Origin: Candidatus Bilamarchaeaceae archaeon
GTDB lineage: Archaea; Micrarchaeota; Micrarchaeia; Anstonellales; Bilamarchaeaceae
Direction: 5' to 3'
DNA: 31,940 bases
Assembly: GCA_038851325.1 (NCBI GenBank)
Contig: JAWCKZ010000010.1
Location: 1 to 31,940 of the forward strand
Of this stretch, positions 26,747 to 31,940 are shown piece after piece. The notes under the pieces are model-generated. The model had not been told where the DNA came from. It worked only from the letters and a program-made list of their open reading frames with translations, and did not search any database. The position numbers and the translations under genes were made by a program. The first letter of the stretch is position 1; each line of letters opens with the position of its first letter.

Positions 26747-27485
26747 AATAATCTATTACATGCTCCTGAAACTGACGATTTGAGCTAAATCCAAACTCCT
26801 CTTTTAACCGAAGAAGATACGGATGCGGAGCGAAGTGTGGTACTGTTATTGCATACCCCTCCAGGTCTATGGACGCAGAACGGGCCTGTGCACCACCATA
26901 TTTTGAATAAATATTTCTGAACTGCGCGGATGTTAGCACCTTTTCTTTTGTTATAATTCTACCCTTCACTGAGGTATGCACAAGGTTGAATTTCACGCTT
27001 TTCTCTTCGACCGCACCTGTGACGAGGTTCTTCATCGGTTTTTTAATCTCTGAGCTTAGAAAAAATGATTCCCCATCTATTTTCAATTTATACTCGCCAT
27101 TGTTCAGATGAAGCAAAAGGAACGATGTAAAGAATTCATTTCCATTCCTGTGATTTGTGGTCTTTGAAAACAGAATTAACCGCTCATCAACGAAAAAAAC
27201 AGAACGCATCGCACCATGCGAAAACATGTTGCCGAGTTTTTCACCATTCAGCAGCACCGGCTGAAAATAATTATTAGGAATTGCGTATGCCATCCTTGCT
27301 TCAAACATCGGATAGATAAGATGAACTGGCCAGTTTATCGAAGAATAGCATTTGCTGTTAAGAAATTGCATTTCGCTCGCAAATTTTTTTGTAAATTCTA
27401 GCCGTGCTACGTCTTCCTCGACCATTCTCTTTATAATCTCGTTATAGGAGCTGCTTTCTTTTGCGCGTTTGCACAGGATGCACAT
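26712..27485 (-). CDS. Hypothetical protein (257 aa)
   Basis: Long ORF with normal composition, N-terminal CxxC (MCILCK) and C-terminal VPHFAPHP motif. Family not recognised. Confidence 0.75.
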   Translation of the reverse strand: MCILCKRAKESSSYNEIIKRMVEEDVARLEFTKKFASEMQFLNSKCYSSINWPVHLIYPMFEARMAYAIPNNYFQPVLLNGEKLGNMFSHGAMRSVFFVDERLILFSKTTNHRNGNEFFTSFLLLHLNNGEYKLKIDGESFFLSSEIKKPMKNLVTGAVEEKSVKFNLVHTSVKGRIITKEKVLTSAQFRNIYSKYGGAQARSASIDLEGYAITVPHFAPHPYLLRLKEEFGFSSNRQFQEHVIDYFREHSLAPSKS

Positions 27486-27594
27486 ACGATAGTTTCACCA
27501 ACAAAGATTTAAAATGATTTTAGTACTAATAGTGGTATAACATCAGAGATAATATAGACGATATATATGGTGTGATGTATAAGGTGAATTAAAG

Positions 27595-27750
27595 ATGGGA
27601 AAATTTCCAGAAGCAGACGCTGAATTAGCAAAGATTTGGATTTGCAAAAGATGCAAAGGCAGGAATAAGGCAGGGATCGAAAAATGCAGGAAATGCGGCT
27701 CTGTTTATCTTAGACCAAAACGAAGAGAGATAAGAGCTAAAAAGGCATAG
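27595..27750 (+). CDS. rpl40e: 50S ribosomal protein L40e (51 aa, not in ORF track)
   Basis: Manual translation: MGKFPEADAELAKIWICKRCKGRNKAGIEKCRKCGSVYLRPKRREIRAKKA*. Typical FPEA...ICxxC-RN...CRKCG--LRPK pattern; SD-like AGGTGA upstream. Confidence 0.95.
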   Translation: MGKFPEADAELAKIWICKRCKGRNKAGIEKCRKCGSVYLRPKRREIRAKKA

Positions 27751-27873
27751 CTTACACTACTTGCTACTTTATTTAAGTGCTAGAGCCTGTTGCAGATTGC
27801 CTTGAAGATTACTCCGCGATAATTTCGTAATTTTAATTCTGTCTTATCTTGAAATGGGGCACCACAAACAGTA

Positions 27874-28770
27874 TTACGCGCCAGATGCTATTTTTCTAAA
27901 AGCCTTTTGTTCAAGCCTTACTCCATGAGAAAGAGCATTGAGTGCAAGCTTCACCTCTCTTCTTTTCCTTTTTATTGCTCTCTTTATCTCTGCTGATCCA
28001 ATCGCTCTTTTTTTCTCAATTTTTCTCAGTGCTTCTGTATATGCCTGGCGAAGCTCGTTAATGTCCTCTGCTGAGGGAGACCCTGGCCTGGCTCTTTTTA
28101 TCTGATCAAAATAATCATCACCAACAATCGTTAAAATCAAACGGAGATAGGGCTTGCTGATTGTTTTTCCACCTTTTAGCTGATGGAGCAAAGTGGCTGT
28201 AGGAAAATCTAGCAATCCTAAGCACCATTTTCTAAATTCAGCAGCTCCTGCATTCTCATTTCTTTTGAAGAAATTCCTTATCGCATTTGCAAAGAAGTGT
28301 TCTTTTGCCTTGAAGAAATCATAAGCGCCGCATCTTCTCTGCAGGGCTTGGGCATTCATTCCATTAAGCTTTCCTGCAACATCCAGAACGACAGCGATAT
28401 AACTAAGAGATAGCTCCCCTTCCTCCTTTGATCTTACAGCATCTCTGTTATCTCTTATCCATTCAAATGCAGCCATCTCATCCTTGAACTCAAGCCTGTC
28501 AATAAGTTCTTTATTGTAGAGATAATTGTCATAAGCGCCGCATCTTCTCCGCAGGGCTTGGGCATTCATTCCATTAAGCTTTCCTGCAACATCCAGAACG
28601 ACAGCGATATAACTAAGAGATAGCTCCCCTTCTTCCTTTGATCTTACAGCATCTCTGTTATCTCTTATCCATTCAAATGCTTCTTCGCTGTCTCTAAATC
28701 TTAATTTAGCAAGCAAGTCGGCATTCTTTGCTGCGATGGCAGTTGCTGAACTAAAGGGGATACGCGCCAT
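27874..28770 (-). CDS. Hypothetical protein with internal 70-aa-period duplication
   Basis: 298-305-aa ORF with a 51-aa block present twice. ATG 28770 lies about 24 nt after a TTTAAAAG TATA-like box; the ORF track starts at 28791. Confidence 0.78.
   Translation of the reverse strand: MARIPFSSATAIAAKNADLLAKLRFRDSEEAFEWIRDNRDAVRSKEEGELSLSYIAVVLDVAGKLNGMNAQALRRRCGAYDNYLYNKELIDRLEFKDEMAAFEWIRDNRDAVRSKEEGELSLSYIAVVLDVAGKLNGMNAQALQRRCGAYDFFKAKEHFFANAIRNFFKRNENAGAAEFRKWCLGLLDFPTATLLHQLKGGKTISKPYLRLILTIVGDDYFDQIKRARPGSPSAEDINELRQAYTEALRKIEKKRAIGSAEIKRAIKRKRREVKLALNALSHGVRLEQKAFRKIASGA
28319..28680. repeat. 152-bp direct repeat (28319-28470 and 28529-28680), period 210 bp
   Basis: Direct comparison shows only 2 mismatches (28340/28550 and 28423/28633). 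Confidence 0.96.
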
Positions 28771-28828
28771 ATATTGAATATAACGCCGCATTCCTTTTAA
28801 AGTTATCTTTTATTAAAAAAAGTGAATC

Positions 28829-29011
28829 TGTTGCAAATTATCCTCTGAGATACAGGGTAAGACTGACAGCGTAAGACTGCGCGACCGGAGGAGCACTCCT
28901 GCCAGGTACCACTGTCAACACAAGACAATCGCGCCTATGATGTAGAGGAAGGAAAAGCGAATGCAGTGAAACGGAATGAGCGTCCATAAGCAAACATAGT
29001 AATTTGCAACA
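28829..29011. mobile_element. MITE-like element with terminal inverted repeats, copy 2 (183 bp, inverted relative to copy 1)
   Basis: Perfect 12-bp TIR TGTTGCAAATTA (28829-28840) / TAATTTGCAACA (29000-29011). Arms are homologous to 395-532, with a longer unrelated central segment. Confidence 0.7.
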
Positions 29012-29022
29012 CCCACTAAGCG

Positions 29023-29991
29023 CTACTTTATTGTTACTGTTTTATCTTTCTCAGAGATAGTTATACCTCGCTCTACAAAATACTTAATTACTTCAGCATT
29101 TGTTCTTAGGTGTTGAGTTATTTCAGAGGTGGTATATCTTGTTTCTCCATCGGCAAGTGCCCCAAACAGGAGAAGCTGGTCCGCTAGATGCCTGTCGACA
29201 TCGCCGCTTTCAGCCCTGAAAGCGTCCAATGCTTCCTGGGCGACAACCTCTGCACGCTTTCCTTTTTCGCCTTGAACGTAAACTCCATTAAAACCGCTCC
29301 ATACAGTTATTGCGTTTCCTGGGGAAAGCGTCTTTTCCTCCCGTATCGCAACGTCGTTTATGTCATTTTGCAAAAATATTTTTTTCTCGCGCATTGCTAT
29401 CGAAAGTGGAAGGCTGCCGAGCCTGATTATCACATGGACTTCGCTTTCTTTCTCCCACTTTGTTTTTCCATGAAGGGTGGATGGTTCGATTTCCATTTCA
29501 ATCTCACCGCCGCCTTTCGGATAGTAACCAGATCTCAGTAGCTTAGATTCAACTATTGCTCCCATTGAGCGTACAGCAGGCAGAAAGACCTTTTCAAAAT
29601 AATCATAGCCTGGTGACTTCATTACATGCGTCCCGCCAGTAATTCTGACCACGCTTTTCTTTTTTGCATATAGAAGGATAGGAAGAACAGTTTGCGCGAC
29701 AAGGATTACCGAGCCCGCGGTTCCGATGTTGAAATCATACCTCCCTCCAACAATCTCGCCAGGAAAAAACTTCAGCGCTCTGCTTCCAAGATCTGCACCT
29801 TCAACACGCCCCCTGCAAATGCTCCTTACCGCCTTCACTGCAGTGAGGTGTTGCATCGCGAGGCCAGGATTCGGCCTTCCCGCGCGGATGTTTACTATTT
29901 CAAACTCTTTTCCTGTTATTGCTGAAAGCGTGAGCGCGGTCCTCAGAATCTGCCCTCCTGATTCCCCGATAGAACCATCTATGGTTATCAT
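29023..29991 (-). CDS. rtcA: RNA 3'-terminal phosphate cyclase
   Basis: IDGS-GESGGQILRTAL-LS, NIRAGRPNPGL--QH, IGTAGS, GGTH, GYYPKGGG, catalytic VDRHLADQLL, HLRTN. Confidence 0.96.
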   Translation of the reverse strand: MITIDGSIGESGGQILRTALTLSAITGKEFEIVNIRAGRPNPGLAMQHLTAVKAVRSICRGRVEGADLGSRALKFFPGEIVGGRYDFNIGTAGSVILVAQTVLPILLYAKKKSVVRITGGTHVMKSPGYDYFEKVFLPAVRSMGAIVESKLLRSGYYPKGGGEIEMEIEPSTLHGKTKWEKESEVHVIIRLGSLPLSIAMREKKIFLQNDINDVAIREEKTLSPGNAITVWSGFNGVYVQGEKGKRAEVVAQEALDAFRAESGDVDRHLADQLLLFGALADGETRYTTSEITQHLRTNAEVIKYFVERGITISEKDKTVTIK

Positions 29992-30039
29992 GCTGAAAAC
30001 TCAACATATGAATGTTTTAATAATTGCTGCGAACAACCT

Positions 30040-30954
30040 TTGAAAAACCAAAGATTGCCACAACATTTTTATATTCATCGCGATATATTCCACTACGTGG
30101 AATTAATTTTTAAAAAAGGGAGGGGGTGGAGGGCATTTGCTGCAACTGCTATTGGAAACCGGCATGCAACAAATGATGATTCTTTCATAATAGGCGCGAA
30201 AAAAAGCGGTGTAGTTGCAGCAGTTTGCGATGGGGTGAGTGAACACTTCTGCGCTTTAGAGGCAAGCAAGGCAGCTGCCAGATATCTGGAAAGGAAGAAA
30301 AGGAGAATACTAAATGAAACGAAAAAGCATGGATGGAAGGCAGGCAAGGTTATTCTTGAAGAAGCGCAGCGAAAAGTAAAAAGAGGAGAAACAACAGCAA
30401 CAATAGCCGTGATAGACCTGGAAAATATGCAACTTCATACATGGAATGTTGGCGACAGCTATGGTTATCTTATCAGGGAGGGGAGCGAAAGGATGTTAAT
30501 TGAAGAGCATACAGGAAGACTTTTTGATTTTACAACGTTTATGAGGAAAGATATAGACATAAATCTGTGGCATGTAAGAGATGCCTTGGAAAAAATGAGG
30601 CAGAACCCTTCGCAGAGTTCTCACATAATCTGTTCATCATTGAGACCTGTTGCCAAAGAGAATGTAGGATTGGAAATAATATCTTATAACGGAAAAACAA
30701 TTCTTCCCGAGAATGAAAGCATGTTACAACCTATAACATTGGAAAAGAATGATGTCGTATTGCTTACATCAGACGGTCTTTCTGATTACCTTGAAGAAAT
30801 TATTGTAAACTACAATATAGATATCCTCCGGGAAATAAGAAGAGAGCTAATCATTGAAAAAAATCCTGATTATATAATTGACCTCATGGAAGTGGCAAAT
30901 GAATTCAAAGGTGACGATGTCACTTTTATTGCTATAATAATAGATCATCTATAA
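30040..30954 (+). CDS. PP2C/PPM-family protein Ser/Thr phosphatase-like protein
   Basis: PPM motifs NDDS, AVCDGV, TTATIA, NVGDS, LLTSDGL, DDVT. Start (TTG 30040) uncertain. Confidence 0.85.
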   Translation: MKNQRLPQHFYIHRDIFHYVELIFKKGRGWRAFAATAIGNRHATNDDSFIIGAKKSGVVAAVCDGVSEHFCALEASKAAARYLERKKRRILNETKKHGWKAGKVILEEAQRKVKRGETTATIAVIDLENMQLHTWNVGDSYGYLIREGSERMLIEEHTGRLFDFTTFMRKDIDINLWHVRDALEKMRQNPSQSSHIICSSLRPVAKENVGLEIISYNGKTILPENESMLQPITLEKNDVVLLTSDGLSDYLEEIIVNYNIDILREIRRELIIEKNPDYIIDLMEVANEFKGDDVTFIAIIIDHL

Positions 30955-31940
30955 AGTATATCTTCGATATCTCCGAAAGCGACCTTTTGCCTGCAAAGGG
31001 ATGGAAGATATTTTGCCGCCTTTCCTGAATTCGTTCCGGTTATCTTATATCCCATCTCTTCCAGTGGGCAGACAACCATGCAGGTATCTGCAACAAGCAG
31101 GCCGTTGTTTTTCCTGATTACCTTGTCGTATCCTTTTTTCACAGCAATCTCTTTCACCGCACGTGAAACACATATCCAGAATTTTACAGTCGGCTTCCCT
31201 TTCTTATTTATGATGCTCACAACATTTTCTATTTCCCTTAGGGACGCATGCGGGCAGCCAAGTGTGACCAATTCCGGCTTCTCCTCTGCATCGAGCATTT
31301 CCTTCGTCTCCTTTAATTCCTTCTCTGTAAACGAGATCTCCTCTGCACCATCAACAACTCTGAACTCGGGGGTGAGGCCTTTAACGAAGAAAATTGGGAC
31401 AGAGCCTGAAGCTGCCATTGCAGCGCCAAGCAGTTTTAGTTCGTCTTCATTTGCTCTAATTCCAACAAATGCAGGATATCTCGCTCCGCAGAGCTTTCCC
31501 ACGTAATATCCCATAGCGCCGAAATCGCTTTCTCTCAGCTGTGTTTCTACTTCTACAATCAGATTAGCAACTCGATTTTCATTGACGTGAAGTCCGTAAT
31601 AGGGTGTTACCCCAGTAATCGCCGCTGCAAGAGCGCTCGGTCCTCCTTCCCTGTTCGTTCTTGCGCCAAGAACAGAATTTGCAAATGCGATTGCAGAGCT
31701 TTCAGCCCAGGCGATGTGCTCGCCCTGCCTTGGTCTTATTCCAATTAGGTATGGTGTGCATGTGCAGGTCATCGCTATACCCATCGTAGAGTATGCCTTT
31801 AGGATCTCAAACTGCTTCTCTGCAAAGTCCTTTGGAACATTCATCTCTTGCCACTGTGCGATATCCATCCCAGCAGGATTAAGAAATGTTGGAACAGCAA
31901 CCTTTGCGCCGCGATTGGCCACGTGCTGAAGAAATTCAAG
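30945..31940 (-). CDS. Aconitase X catalytic subunit (probable phosphomevalonate dehydratase large subunit), 5' end outside the window
   Basis: TCTCTPY, AWAESSA--FANSVLGARTNREGGPSA, LGCPH, ADTCMVVCP, TNSGKAAKY. The frame stays open to position 31940 (LEFLQHV...). Confidence 0.9.
   Translation of the reverse strand, partial: LEFLQHVANRGAKVAVPTFLNPAGMDIAQWQEMNVPKDFAEKQFEILKAYSTMGIAMTCTCTPYLIGIRPRQGEHIAWAESSAIAFANSVLGARTNREGGPSALAAAITGVTPYYGLHVNENRVANLIVEVETQLRESDFGAMGYYVGKLCGARYPAFVGIRANEDELKLLGAAMAASGSVPIFFVKGLTPEFRVVDGAEEISFTEKELKETKEMLDAEEKPELVTLGCPHASLREIENVVSIINKKGKPTVKFWICVSRAVKEIAVKKGYDKVIRKNNGLLVADTCMVVCPLEEMGYKITGTNSGKAAKYLPSLCRQKVAFGDIEDILYR

Noticed and set aside
28319..28680. Diversity-generating retroelement TR/VR pair
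   Set aside because: Only two mismatches, with the adenine in a different copy each time; both copies are in one reading frame; no reverse transcriptase nearby.
29023..29991. rtcA as part of an RNA repair operon linked to the tRNA introns
   Set aside because: No rtcB, archease or endA nearby; stand-alone rtcA is common in archaea.

Overview
Gene-dense archaeal chromosomal window, most consistent with a DPANN lineage such as Micrarchaeota. This is an inference from the non-canonical tRNA introns, archaeal-type proteins and compact overlapping genes; no database search was run. Housekeeping core: RNA polymerase operon rpoH-rpoB''-rpoB'-rpoA'-rpoA''-rpl30e-nusA-tRNA-Ser on the minus strand; eIF5A-rps24e-rps27ae-CPBP protease-kae1; dnaG, purC, class II ribonucleotide reductase, FBP aldolase/phosphatase, dph2, rpl40e, rtcA and a 5'-truncated aconitase X. 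rps27ae and rpl40e are missing from the ORF track. Main unusual features: (1) a tRNA-Gln(TTG) best parsed with three non-canonical introns and a 7-nt micro-exon, next to a tRNA-Val(TAC) with a 15/16 intron; (2) a tRNA-Ser(GGA) whose first 24 nt encode the NusA C-terminus and stop codon; (3) two copies, 28 kb apart and in opposite orientation, of a 138/183-bp element with terminal inverted repeats, conserved arms and a variable core, each just upstream of an orphan gene in the same relative polarity; (4) an orphan protein with a near-perfect recent internal duplication; (5) two candidate structured RNA leaders.
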